The notes under the pieces are model-generated. The model did no database searches. It saw only the letters and a list, made by a program, of their open reading frames with translations, and was not told the origin of the DNA. Shown here piece after piece: positions 1 to 7,752 of a stretch of DNA of 32,000 nucleotides. The stretch is from Thermoproteota archaeon (GTDB lineage: Archaea; Thermoproteota; Nitrososphaeria_A; Caldarchaeales; Calditenuaceae), in assembly GCA_030550155.1 (NCBI GenBank), contig JAUQPZ010000009.1, forward strand, positions 1 to 32,000. Direction: 5' to 3'. How positions within the stretch are numbered: the stretch's first letter is position 1; each line of letters starts with the position of its first letter. The translations under genes were made by a program, and so were the position numbers.

Positions 1-19
1 TAAACCTCTTTTCAGGGTC

Positions 20-223
20 TTAGACATTAGCTTCACCAGCCACACTCTCGGATGCTTCGTCTGAGATAGTTCTAAGTCTTCCTGTCCTCAGGCCGGCTAT
101 TACGTATTCGTATTGTAGGTGTTCGAGCCTGTGTCCTCGTCTTCTGTGGTATTCTGCGAATGCAGAGAGCTTGCTTATTAGAAACCTGTGGACCTCAATA
201 TTGTTAAAGCCGGCGAACCTCAT
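20..223 (-). CDS. hypothetical small protein (67 aa from ATG at 223; 90 aa if TTG at 292 is the start)
   Basis: The plus strand is stop-rich across 1-300, and this minus frame is the only long open one. The sequence MRFAGFNNIEVHRFLISKLSAFAEYHRRRGHRLEHLQYEYVIAG has ordinary globular composition. No family was recognised. The part of the 213-aa track ORF beyond about 300 is antisense to the LAGLIDADG gene and is not believed. Confidence 0.25.
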   Translation of the reverse strand: MRFAGFNNIEVHRFLISKLSAFAEYHRRRGHRLEHLQYEYVIAGLRTGRLRTISDEASESVAGEANV

Positions 224-308
224 TATCTCGTGTATCGTCTTCTCCAGTCCTCCACCATTGCTATAGGAGTTCTTCACCACTACGATACACAATCCGTATC
301 TCCGTAGA

Positions 309-1201
309 GTGTTATACGCGGACGATAACACCGCCAGAATCAAACTATACGAAGAGGTTAGAATTCTTAGAGGACAGGGACTATCATACAGTAGAATCAT
401 AGGCTTGGTGAGGGAGAGATATAGTATTAAATTGCGAAAATCCACCATAAGCGAGTGGGTCAGAGGAATACACAGCCCATACAACGGTTCATACATACCT
501 TCAATAGAGTTTCTAAAACCTTCAGAAGAGCTTGCATATATTATAGGTGCGGTTGCTGGAGACGGATATGTCCGGCGGCGACAACTGCCTCGAAAATCAT
601 ACCGCGATGTCATCACAGGGTTAACGGTGAAGGATAGGGAGTTTGTCGAGGAGTTCTCCACATGTATTGCAGTAGTCTTGAAGAGAGAGCCGGCCTAAAC
701 CTAGATGGGCGGGCAGACTATTCGTAACTGCTGAGAAAACCTCTCGACTTGGAGAAGCTAAAAACATTAATCGAGAACGATACAGAGTGTAAAGCGGCTT
801 TCCTGAGGGGCTTCTTCGACAGCGAAGGATGCGTAAGTAAGTTCGGAGCTGTAATAGTCTATAACACCGACTTGATACTGGTTGAATACGTCAAACAACT
901 TCTGTCTTCTTTAGGGATAGAGACGACAGGGCCACGTCTTTACTTAAAGAGTGGAACGGCCTTCAGAGACCTGAGGACACGAAAAACATACAAGAGTAAG
1001 AAGGATGCATATGAGTTATATGTTACTGCTGACTCTCTGCAGACGTTCTACAGACTGATAGGGTTCACGGTGAGAAGAAAACAGCAAAGGCTCGTGGACT
1101 ACTTGGTTCGGACAGGACGGCTAAAACCCCCAGCCAACCCACCCCCTCATCTCTCCCCAACAATGTTATCTTACCTAGACCACCACACTATAATAATATA
1201 G
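309..1201 (+). pseudogene. double-motif LAGLIDADG homing endonuclease, disrupted (halves in different reading frames)
   Basis: Half 1 (309-698) has an HTH-like N-terminus and motif 1, LAYIIGAVAGDGYV (531-572), and ends at TAA 696-698. Half 2 (749-1201, a different frame) has motif 2, AAFLRGFFDSEGCV (794-835). The third frame over 700-748 reads PRWAGRLFVTAEKTSRL, so at least two frame changes fall within 696-748. Confidence 0.8.
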
Positions 1202-1206
1202 AAGTT

Positions 1207-1278
1207 TGGACCGGGCGGGATTCGAACCCGCGGCCTCCCGCACGCCAAGCGGGCGATCTACCACTGATCTACCGGCCC
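1207..1278 (-). tRNA. tRNA-Ala: tRNA-Ala (anticodon GGC)
   Basis: The reverse complement is GGGCCGGTAGATCAGTGGTAGATCGCCCGCTTGGCGTGCGGGAGGCCGCGGGTTCGAATCCCGCCCGGTCCA, which folds as a cloverleaf. The anticodon loop is TTGGCGT. The G3:U70 alanine identity pair is present and the T-loop is TTCGAAT. CCA is not encoded. Confidence 0.93.
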
Positions 1279-1301
1279 GTATGGTGGTCTAGTCTTGGGG
1301 G

Positions 1302-1309
1302 AATTTAAG
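1302..1309 (-). promoter_or_regulatory. TATA-like box upstream of tRNA-Ala
   Basis: On the minus strand, CTTAAATT lies about 30 nt upstream of the mature tRNA 5' end. This matches archaeal TATA spacing. Confidence 0.4.
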
Positions 1310-1440
1310 CCTGACTATGGGCCTAATTCCCTTGAACCTTTCGGAGCTGTTTTCTGAGATAGCTCTGCGGCTGAGACTGGATTCTGGGGCTCTTAACCTG
1401 CTCGCCCGATTTCGGGGACCGGTGTCTCTTTATGCGGCCT

Positions 1441-2144
1441 TCACTTTGTCGCGCCGCTCTCGCGGCTTTGGAGCGAGGGTTTTAGATGTGGGCTCTCGGA
1501 TTCGCGGGGGTAGAGAGCTAGTATGTGTAAGAGGATGAGCCGGCTGATGTTCGGGGCCGACTCGCCGGTGTAGGTGGATAGGAGTGAGCAGATGGTGTAA
1601 CGTCTTTCACCTAGCAGGCTCCCAATGGTGGATGTGCGGGTTCCATTAAGCGGAGAGCGTGGTGGCTGGTAGTAGGCTCTAGCTGTTTTGGATTTTCCAA
1701 GCCTTGAAGATGAGCCGCCTCCACCGTCTCCCGAGGAGCTCGTTGAGCCTCGACTGCGTATGGCCTCCTTGGTTAAGCCGATGAGGACCATGTAGAAGGC
1801 CACGTAAACCGATATGTCCTCGGGCGACTGCGTAATGCGCTTATCCGATTAAGGCGCCTCTGATATCGAGATTGAGGCCAAGCCAGGAAGAATAAAACCC
1901 CTAGGTTATAGCGCTCCACCTCAACGAGAGGCGCGGTATCTGAAGGCAGAATGACGGCGGCTATGGCTTTGAGCGTCATTAGAGCTGGAGTGAAAAGCTG
2001 AAGAAGCATGCAGCTCTTCAGATGCGATGAGAGGGCTTCTCGGGGCCAAGCTATGATGGTTGGAGTAGGAGAGTAAAGCGGACCTCGAGTAGGGCCGCGA
2101 GAAATTTGACAGTACGAGACTTGTTCCATGCCGCTCAGACTCAA
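1441..2144 (-). other. unassigned region with two consecutive out-of-frame ORFs of low-complexity S/T/R/P/G-rich composition; possibly a decayed gene
   Basis: ORFs 1773-2144 and 1441-1803 abut in different frames. Only weak tyrosine-recombinase-like strings appear, scattered over three frames: YVAFYMVLIGLTKEAI, RLNELLGRRW, GKSKTARAYYQPP, HHALRL. No intact catalytic motif set was seen. Confidence 0.2.
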
Positions 2145-2266
2145 GTGCTATACGGTCGGTTGTCTGTCGGATCGGTTTTTAAAACTATCGAGTATGCGAC
2201 GGGGGGACTTTTGGGCCGCGCCGTGCGGTCTCTTTACGCCTTGACTCTCCTTTTCGCCCTGTTCTC

Positions 2267-3070
2267 TTAGGTGAGTTTGAGCTGAGACAAAAGGTCCTCG
2301 ACGCGAGTCTCGCATTCGCCGAGGTCGCTGTTCAAGGCCCAGACCCAGTATATGAGGAAGAAGCCGAGAGTAATGAGCGTCAGAATGATGTAGAGGAGTG
2401 TTCTCCGACTGCCCGGTCTCCTCCCTTGGGTCCTAGTGTCGGGGGGCTTGAGCCTCGAGAGCACATCCGCGATTGAGCCGGAGACCCGGTCTACATGTCC
2501 CAGGAGCCTGTTAATCATGTGAAGGCTGTAAAGTAGAGCCACCAGATAGGCTAGCGCCGCCACGGACAATACGAGGCTCAGGGCAACCAGCAGGAATATG
2601 CTTTCCAGAGCAGCTTGAGGGTCGAGGACAATCTCTTGGGTAAGCGATGTAATGTATGCGGATGCTCCGGTCACAGAGACCATCAGGACACCGAGAACGA
2701 TGGGGAGGACCCAGGGGCTGGATATCCTGACTGAGTTTCCTAGATCCTCGGTAAGACGCCTCATCTCGCCTGCAGCCATCGCCCTCTTAGTCTCACCGGA
2801 TGAGAGGAGCTCCTCTGATTTGCCTCGAGCGGCCTCGGCAAGCCTCTGGGCGATGGTCTTGATGTCTGTCCTCATGACGCCTATGAAGTAGATGAGCATG
2901 AGGCCCCAGAGCAGTCCGAGCACAGAGGAGGCCAGAGTAACTTCGGGTGGAGGGAGGACGGCCATGTCTTCACCGCTAAGCGCCTCGGATATTCCGGCGG
3001 AGAAACCAGTGGCGAACGCCATTATCGATAAAAGAAGGTTGGCGACCCCTATGACCATCCAAGCCAGCAT
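2267..3070 (-). CDS. polytopic membrane protein, unknown function, DUF4234-like C-terminal segment
   Basis: The 267-aa ORF has several hydrophobic spans and a C-terminal LLYIILTLITLGFFLIYWVW motif. Its ATG overlaps the sppA stop (TGATG). Confidence 0.6.
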   Translation of the reverse strand: MLAWMVIGVANLLLSIMAFATGFSAGISEALSGEDMAVLPPPEVTLASSVLGLLWGLMLIYFIGVMRTDIKTIAQRLAEAARGKSEELLSSGETKRAMAAGEMRRLTEDLGNSVRISSPWVLPIVLGVLMVSVTGASAYITSLTQEIVLDPQAALESIFLLVALSLVLSVAALAYLVALLYSLHMINRLLGHVDRVSGSIADVLSRLKPPDTRTQGRRPGSRRTLLYIILTLITLGFFLIYWVWALNSDLGECETRVEDLLSQLKLT

Positions 3071-4062
3071 CAGGGACTTTGGAACCGCCAGGCTCTCACC
3101 CCCGTGGTGAAAAGGTAGTCCGATATGTGGGAAGGCTCGATGTATAGTATCTTCATCCCGACTGGAGAGAGCGGCCCATCGCCGATTGATATAGATATGG
3201 GGAGCTGGAAAATAGAGGTTGTAGCAACCCTCAGCTCCCTCACAGGCGCGTCGCGCGGAAGGCCCGCCAGCTCCCTCGCCCTCTTTACGGCGTCCTCGAA
3301 TGTTCCAACCTCGTCGACCAGCCCGGCCTTCAGAGCCTCCGACCCTACGAAGATCTTAGCGTTGAATATCTCCCGCTCAAACTGGGGGCTGAGCTTTTGG
3401 CCCCTAGACTCTCTCACGACGCTCTCAAACTGCTTAAACGCGGAGTTCACGATTTCACGCATAAACTCGATGTCCATGTCAGTAATCTCTCTGAGACTGC
3501 TTCCAACATCCTTGTATTCTCCGCTCTTGACCGTCACGACATCTATTCCCAAATCATCTAGAAGGCGTTTGAAGCTGATCAGAGTGCCTATAGCGCCTAC
3601 TGAGCCTGTCATCGTTCCGGGATTAGCGATGATGTGGTCAGCACCCAGTGAGATGTAGTATCCACCGGACGCAGCGACACTAGCCATGTAGATGACGACT
3701 GTTTTCCGGGTCTCCTCTCTGAAGCTTATCAGTCGCCGGTATATATCGTGACTGGCAACCACTTCTCCTCCAGGGCTGTCAACCGTTAAGACAAGTGCCC
3801 TACAACCATCTGATTTAGCCTTGTTCAGCACTTTCTCTACTAGCTCTGGAGTGATGAAGCTGGACCCAGTGAGGAGTGAGGGCTGAGCCGTAGAGACTAT
3901 CGCCCCTCTGAGCGCATATGTGCAGACTGCTGGTGCTTGAGGGAAAGCAAGGGCGCCCCTTCCACTTAGAAGTACCCCGTAAACCACTCCTAACACGATG
4001 CTCGCGGCCAGTATGATGGCTATTGGTATGATGTGCCTCCTTAAACCCTTAGAGCTAGTCAT
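3070..4062 (-). CDS. sppA: signal peptide peptidase SppA (S49 family, 36K type)
   Basis: N-terminal TM anchor. S49/ClpP-fold motifs are present: VLTVDSPGGEVVASHDIYRRL and VASGGYYISLGADHIIANPGTMTGSVGAIG. Confidence 0.85.
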   Translation of the reverse strand: MTSSKGLRRHIIPIAIILAASIVLGVVYGVLLSGRGALAFPQAPAVCTYALRGAIVSTAQPSLLTGSSFITPELVEKVLNKAKSDGCRALVLTVDSPGGEVVASHDIYRRLISFREETRKTVVIYMASVAASGGYYISLGADHIIANPGTMTGSVGAIGTLISFKRLLDDLGIDVVTVKSGEYKDVGSSLREITDMDIEFMREIVNSAFKQFESVVRESRGQKLSPQFEREIFNAKIFVGSEALKAGLVDEVGTFEDAVKRARELAGLPRDAPVRELRVATTSIFQLPISISIGDGPLSPVGMKILYIEPSHISDYLFTTGVRAWRFQSP

Positions 4063-4163
4063 GGCTTATTGAAGCCACGCAGACATTATCAACGTTTCGG
4101 TTGAGGGTCGCCCATTGGGGGCTTCACAGTTTAAGCCGTTTATGCGGATGAACCGCCCCTTCT

Positions 4164-4937
4164 TTACAACATACCCTTTACCGCGCCTGTAATTTCCTTC
4201 GCCGCTCTGTAGAAAATAGCCACGTCAACGGAAAAGGCTAGATACCGTATCCCTTTACGCGCCCACTCGACTGCCTCTTGAGGTTTCTCGACAAAAGTTC
4301 CCGCCGCGACACCCCGCGCACTCGCCTCCGACACCGCCTCCTCAATAAGACTCCTCACCTCAGGGCTAAACACTTTTCCGGGAACCCCGAGGGACTGAGA
4401 AAGGTCATATGGCCCTAGAAATACCACGTCCACACCTCCCACCTCGAGAATCTCCGGAAGCCTCCTGACACCAGACGCGCTCTCCACATGAATCACCACA
4501 GCAACTTCTCTGTTGGAGACCTCGACATGCGTCTGCGCGTCCCTGGCACCGTATCTGCCCGCCCTCGTGTAGGGTGAGAAGCCTCTAAGCCCTTCCGGAT
4601 AATAGTGGGACGCCTCCACCACCCTCCTCGCAGTCTCAGCGTCGTCCACATGAGGCACCTGCACACCTCCCGCACCAATCTCTAATGCCCTCAAGATGTA
4701 TGTCTCCTCGCTGGATGGTGTCCGGATTATGGGTGTGATGCCCACTGCCTCGGCCGCCCTCACCATTTCTTCCGCGTCTGAGAAGCTGAAAGGGCCGTGC
4801 TCCATGTCTATGATGACGAAGTCCATGCCAGCCTCCCCTAAAGCCTCCACCACGTCGCCGGAGTTTAAGTAGACGAATGTCCCTAGAACTATCTCACTCC
4901 TCCTCAACCTCTCCAAGAAGCTCAAGCCCTTACCCAA
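4164..4937 (-). CDS. HpcH/HpaI-family aldolase (2-keto-3-deoxy-acid aldolase type)
   Basis: Family-typical strings FVIIDMEHGPFS, PIIRTPS, LEIGAGGVQVPHVDDAETA and YPEGLRGF. TTG start. Confidence 0.75.
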   Translation of the reverse strand: MGKGLSFLERLRRSEIVLGTFVYLNSGDVVEALGEAGMDFVIIDMEHGPFSFSDAEEMVRAAEAVGITPIIRTPSSEETYILRALEIGAGGVQVPHVDDAETARRVVEASHYYPEGLRGFSPYTRAGRYGARDAQTHVEVSNREVAVVIHVESASGVRRLPEILEVGGVDVVFLGPYDLSQSLGVPGKVFSPEVRSLIEEAVSEASARGVAAGTFVEKPQEAVEWARKGIRYLAFSVDVAIFYRAAKEITGAVKGML

Positions 4938-5030
4938 CCCCTAATCACAGTTCATGATGGCTATGAACTATAACTTAACTCAATCCCTTGAGATGGGTGC
5001 CCTTTATGGTCTCAGGCTCGGAGATGAATC

Positions 5031-5040
5031 TAAATTAAAT
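5031..5040 (+). promoter_or_regulatory. TATA-like box upstream of tRNA-Arg
   Basis: TAAATTAAAT lies 20-29 nt upstream of the tRNA 5' end. Confidence 0.4.
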
Positions 5041-5059
5041 CGGCGAGGCGTTTAGGGTT

Positions 5060-5134
5060 GGGCCCGTAGCCTAGCTTGGATAGGGCGCCGGCCTTCGGAG
5101 CCGGAGGTCGCGGGTTCGAGTCCCGCCGGGCCCG
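5060..5134 (+). tRNA. tRNA-Arg: tRNA-Arg (anticodon TCG)
   Basis: GGGCCCGTAGCCTAGCTTGGATAGGGCGCCGGCCTTCGGAGCCGGAGGTCGCGGGTTCGAGTCCCGCCGGGCCCG folds as a cloverleaf. The anticodon stem is CCGGC/GCCGG and the loop is CTTCGGA. Confidence 0.9.
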
Positions 5135-5231
5135 GGAGATATAGTGCTGATAATACTGAAGAGCATGGAGGGAAGCTTCAAGGACCTCTAGAAGCTTTTC
5201 TAGGTGGGCGGGTCTTCTTTGCCGGGTTGTG

Positions 5232-5576
5232 TCACTCTCCCCCCTCACAGCCTATGCCGTCTCCATCAACATCAAAGCGGTGTGGGTCGGGCTTTAACAC
5301 TCTGAAGTTGCTGAAATCTATGTCGCCGCAGTCTAAATCTGGGGGCGGTGGAGGAATGCACACGTCTGGATATGAGGGGTCGCATAAAGTAGCTGATGTG
5401 GTGTGGGCCGTTAGTGTCGGTGTGGCTGTTGTTGGGAGGCTGGCACTTGTATACGTGGATCCGAATGTGGTTTGAGCCGTAGTCGTGGTTTTTTCTTCAA
5501 CCCGTACAGCAACTCCTAAAAACACTATCAAGCCGACTACAAGTAACACTATGATGACGGCTACGGTTTTCCTCAT
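5232..5576 (-). CDS. membrane-anchored or secreted protein with a Thr-rich linker and an Excalibur-like Ca-binding domain
   Basis: N-terminal hydrophobic anchor, T/S-rich linker, and a C-terminus reading CDPSYPDVCIPPPPPDLDCGDIDFSNFRVLKPDPHRFDVDGDGIGCE. This contains the DxDxDGxxCE Excalibur signature. Confidence 0.65.
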   Translation of the reverse strand: MRKTVAVIIVLLVVGLIVFLGVAVRVEEKTTTTAQTTFGSTYTSASLPTTATPTLTAHTTSATLCDPSYPDVCIPPPPPDLDCGDIDFSNFRVLKPDPHRFDVDGDGIGCEGGE

Positions 5577-5607
5577 CGATTGACTGATTAAAGTATTAGG
5601 TAATAAA

Positions 5608-5623
5608 TTATCTAATAGTTTCT
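5608..5623 (-). promoter_or_regulatory. BRE/TATA-like element AGAAACTATTAGATAA upstream of the Excalibur-domain gene
   Basis: It lies 31 nt upstream of the ATG. A 15/16-identical copy occurs at 22969-22984, upstream of another Thr-rich exoprotein gene. Confidence 0.4.
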
Positions 5624-5680
5624 AAACGTGTATTGAGGGTCATCTGAGCGGCCTAACGCAGAATATTCCTGCTTCAGAGG

Positions 5681-7522
5681 TTATAATGTTATCCTAAATG
5701 TGCGGTCGCTTCTGTCTTCACCTACCTGCCCTAGTCTATCAGTTACGACCACCTTGATTAGGCCCGAGTTGGTTGCTATGCTGGGCACCCTCCACGCGTA
5801 ATATCTCGGGTTCCCCGATAATGTCGCTATAAGGGACCAGCTCGCACCACCATTCGAGGAGAAATAGATCTGTGTTCTAATGATCTCCGCCCCGCCCGAA
5901 ACTGACCAGTAGATTAGGTAGTAGCTATTGGCTCTGAGCGTCTCTCCGCCGTTGGGTCTTATGACTCTAACCGTGATCTGCTGCCCAGTCGGCTCCACTA
6001 TCCTAAATGTTGAGTTACTCGTGTCATAGACCGCCGGGTTGTTTATGCTCTCTACCCTGATTAGTGCCGTGTTGGTTGGCGGGCTTGTAACTCTCCATTG
6101 CTCCGAGCCATCATTAGCCGTGTCGCTGAAGAGCGTGGTCCACGTCGAGCCTCCATCCCTAGAAAGCAGAATCCTAACGTTGCCGGAGACTGCTTGCGAA
6201 GCCCATTGTATCTGGATAGTAGAGTCTATTACCAGCGTCTCTCCGCCGTTGGGGTAGAGAACATTTATGCGCGGAGTCACCTGCGAAGTTTGGAACGTCA
6301 CAAGGTCTCCCAGCTCCCTCTCAATATTGGCCATATTGCTGAAGACGAAGTGCCTCACCCCGTTTATGTCGCCGCCACCCCATAATATGCCGTAGAGCTG
6401 AACAGTCCCCGCAGAAGAATCAACGACCTTGAAAACCGGAGAGCCACTGTCGCCAGCGCCAACATTGGCTCTCACTATGTCTTGGCAGGGCAAAACGTAG
6501 TTCGTCCCTGAAACGAATGTTGTTGCGCAGGTGTATGCCACAGGTCCTTGACTCCACCCCGTCGTTCTTCCTACCTTATTTAGCGTCTCACCTGCAAGAG
6601 GATATCCAACCTCACCGATTATCGTCCATTCACCCACTAAAGTTATTGAGCCTATCCCTGAAGTTCTAGCTATCTTTCCTAGAGAGGAGCTAACACTTGA
6701 CAGGTATCTTCCAAAGGCCGCGTCACTATATCTGCACTGATAGCCTGATGGGCAGGGGGGCGAGGTGAAATATGGTGGATCAACCTGCTCCACGCCAATC
6801 GCATAAGAAGAGGATGTTGCATATGGTTGGTAGTGGGCTGTTCCATCAGGCTGCCACTGAGACGTTGTGCAGTGACTGTTCACCAAGTATCCGCGAGTGC
6901 CTGAGCGGAGGACGTTGAAGCCTAGCGTGCAGAGATAGCTGCTGAAGGCTATTTGGAGACCGCCTACGGTGGGCCTAACGTGGTCACGTAAAGTAGCCAA
7001 AGGCTTTATCTGCGCCGTTACTATGTTGAACCCTGCCTCAGGGATGCCTAGCTCGGAAACCAGTCGGGCAACCTCGGACGCATTAGCCGACGTGCTGACT
7101 CCTATCAGAAGCCTGTTCCCCCTCTCTTCAATGTCTATGAAGCTTAGTGCGGAGGTGATCCTCCTCTCGCTCAGGATGCTCGCCCGCCAGGTCCATAGCG
7201 TTCTGAAATCGAAGTTTGCGCTGACCAGTCTGTATCTCCCTGTTGAGAGGGCTTCAGCAACATCAGCCCTCACCTGTGAAAATGTTGACGCCATGGTAGC
7301 AAATTGCCCAAATGCCTGAGCACTTATATTCCCGGTTAATGATAAGGTGAGCCTCCCGTTTTCATCTACGAAAAACCCTGCGAAGCCTGGAATGCGGTCG
7401 GATAACTGTAAGAGAAGCTCGTCATACGTTAGCGGCGAGTTATTGTTAGGTGAGGCTGTTGGAGGCAGAGCCTGAATAGCTAACAGTATTAAGAGTGATA
7501 GAAGGAGCGCGCGGCCTCGCAT
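5681..7522 (-). CDS. secreted S1-family (alpha-lytic/streptogrisin-like) serine protease with two C-terminal Asp-box beta-sandwich repeats
   Basis: Signal peptide, then a pro-region-like segment (FIDIEERGNRLLIGV). Catalytic motifs LVNSHCT (His) and GAGDSGSPVF (Ser) are present. Two C-terminal repeats of about 95 aa begin PNGGETL and carry SRDGGSTW / SSNGGASW. Confidence 0.75.
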   Translation of the reverse strand: MRGRALLLSLLILLAIQALPPTASPNNNSPLTYDELLLQLSDRIPGFAGFFVDENGRLTLSLTGNISAQAFGQFATMASTFSQVRADVAEALSTGRYRLVSANFDFRTLWTWRASILSERRITSALSFIDIEERGNRLLIGVSTSANASEVARLVSELGIPEAGFNIVTAQIKPLATLRDHVRPTVGGLQIAFSSYLCTLGFNVLRSGTRGYLVNSHCTTSQWQPDGTAHYQPYATSSSYAIGVEQVDPPYFTSPPCPSGYQCRYSDAAFGRYLSSVSSSLGKIARTSGIGSITLVGEWTIIGEVGYPLAGETLNKVGRTTGWSQGPVAYTCATTFVSGTNYVLPCQDIVRANVGAGDSGSPVFKVVDSSAGTVQLYGILWGGGDINGVRHFVFSNMANIERELGDLVTFQTSQVTPRINVLYPNGGETLVIDSTIQIQWASQAVSGNVRILLSRDGGSTWTTLFSDTANDGSEQWRVTSPPTNTALIRVESINNPAVYDTSNSTFRIVEPTGQQITVRVIRPNGGETLRANSYYLIYWSVSGGAEIIRTQIYFSSNGGASWSLIATLSGNPRYYAWRVPSIATNSGLIKVVVTDRLGQVGEDRSDRTFRITL

Positions 7523-7543
7523 GGAGTGTCATCTGACATATTT

Positions 7544-7551
7544 TATTTAAA
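7544..7551 (-). promoter_or_regulatory. TATA box (TTTAAATA) upstream of the protease gene
   Basis: The box ends 21 nt upstream of the ATG at 7522 inside an A/T-rich tract. This spacing is compatible with a leaderless or short-leader transcript. Confidence 0.45.
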
Positions 7552-7752
7552 TTTTTTATGGATGGCAGCGGCCTCAGACGCCTATTGGTTATTCGGTGGA
7601 GGCCGCTACAGCAGGGCTCAAATTTGCGGCTCTCCTACCAGAGTTAGCGGCGTTTTGACAGTCTCTTCGCCTCTCTTTAAATTACGTCGCCGATTGGCCC
7701 TTCCTATCGCCGCGGATTTGGCTCTCTAAAGCCGATAATACCTTCTCCGGAA

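Noticed and set aside
224-661. Upstream two-thirds of the 213-aa minus-strand track ORF (20-661)
   Set aside because: From about 300 onward it is antisense to the LAGLIDADG coding sequence, whose motifs are unmistakable on the plus strand. The translated sequence (SPCPLRILTSSYSLILAVLSS...) has wrong-frame character.
1279-2266. RNase P RNA or SRP RNA in the gene-poor region
   Set aside because: I looked on both strands for conserved P4/CR strings (GGAAAGUCC-type, ACAGAA..CCGGCUUA-type) and for SRP helix-8 motifs. Only a loose AAAAGTCCCCCC on the minus strand near 2205 was found, without the matching partner strand. This is not supportable without a covariance-model scan.
3125-3658. 177-aa plus-strand ORF inside sppA
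   Set aside because: It is antisense to a confidently identified gene and has S/P/T/R-rich low-complexity composition. Long antisense ORFs are expected at this GC content.
5030-5248. 72-aa ORF across tRNA-Arg; likewise 21408-21656 across tRNA-Phe, and 24189-24416 / 24220-24402 across tRNA-Leu
   Set aside because: These are translations of tRNA genes (for example RDSNPRPPAPKAGALSKLGY). This is a classic artefact.
7567-7607. 9-bp perfect hairpin AGCGGCCTC...GAGGCCGCT with a 23-nt loop, in the 230-nt spacer between the AIM24-like and protease genes
   Set aside because: It is real in the sequence but isolated. No C/D-box (RUGAUGA/CUGA) or other ncRNA signature flanks it, and archaeal termination does not require hairpins. 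The function cannot be assigned.
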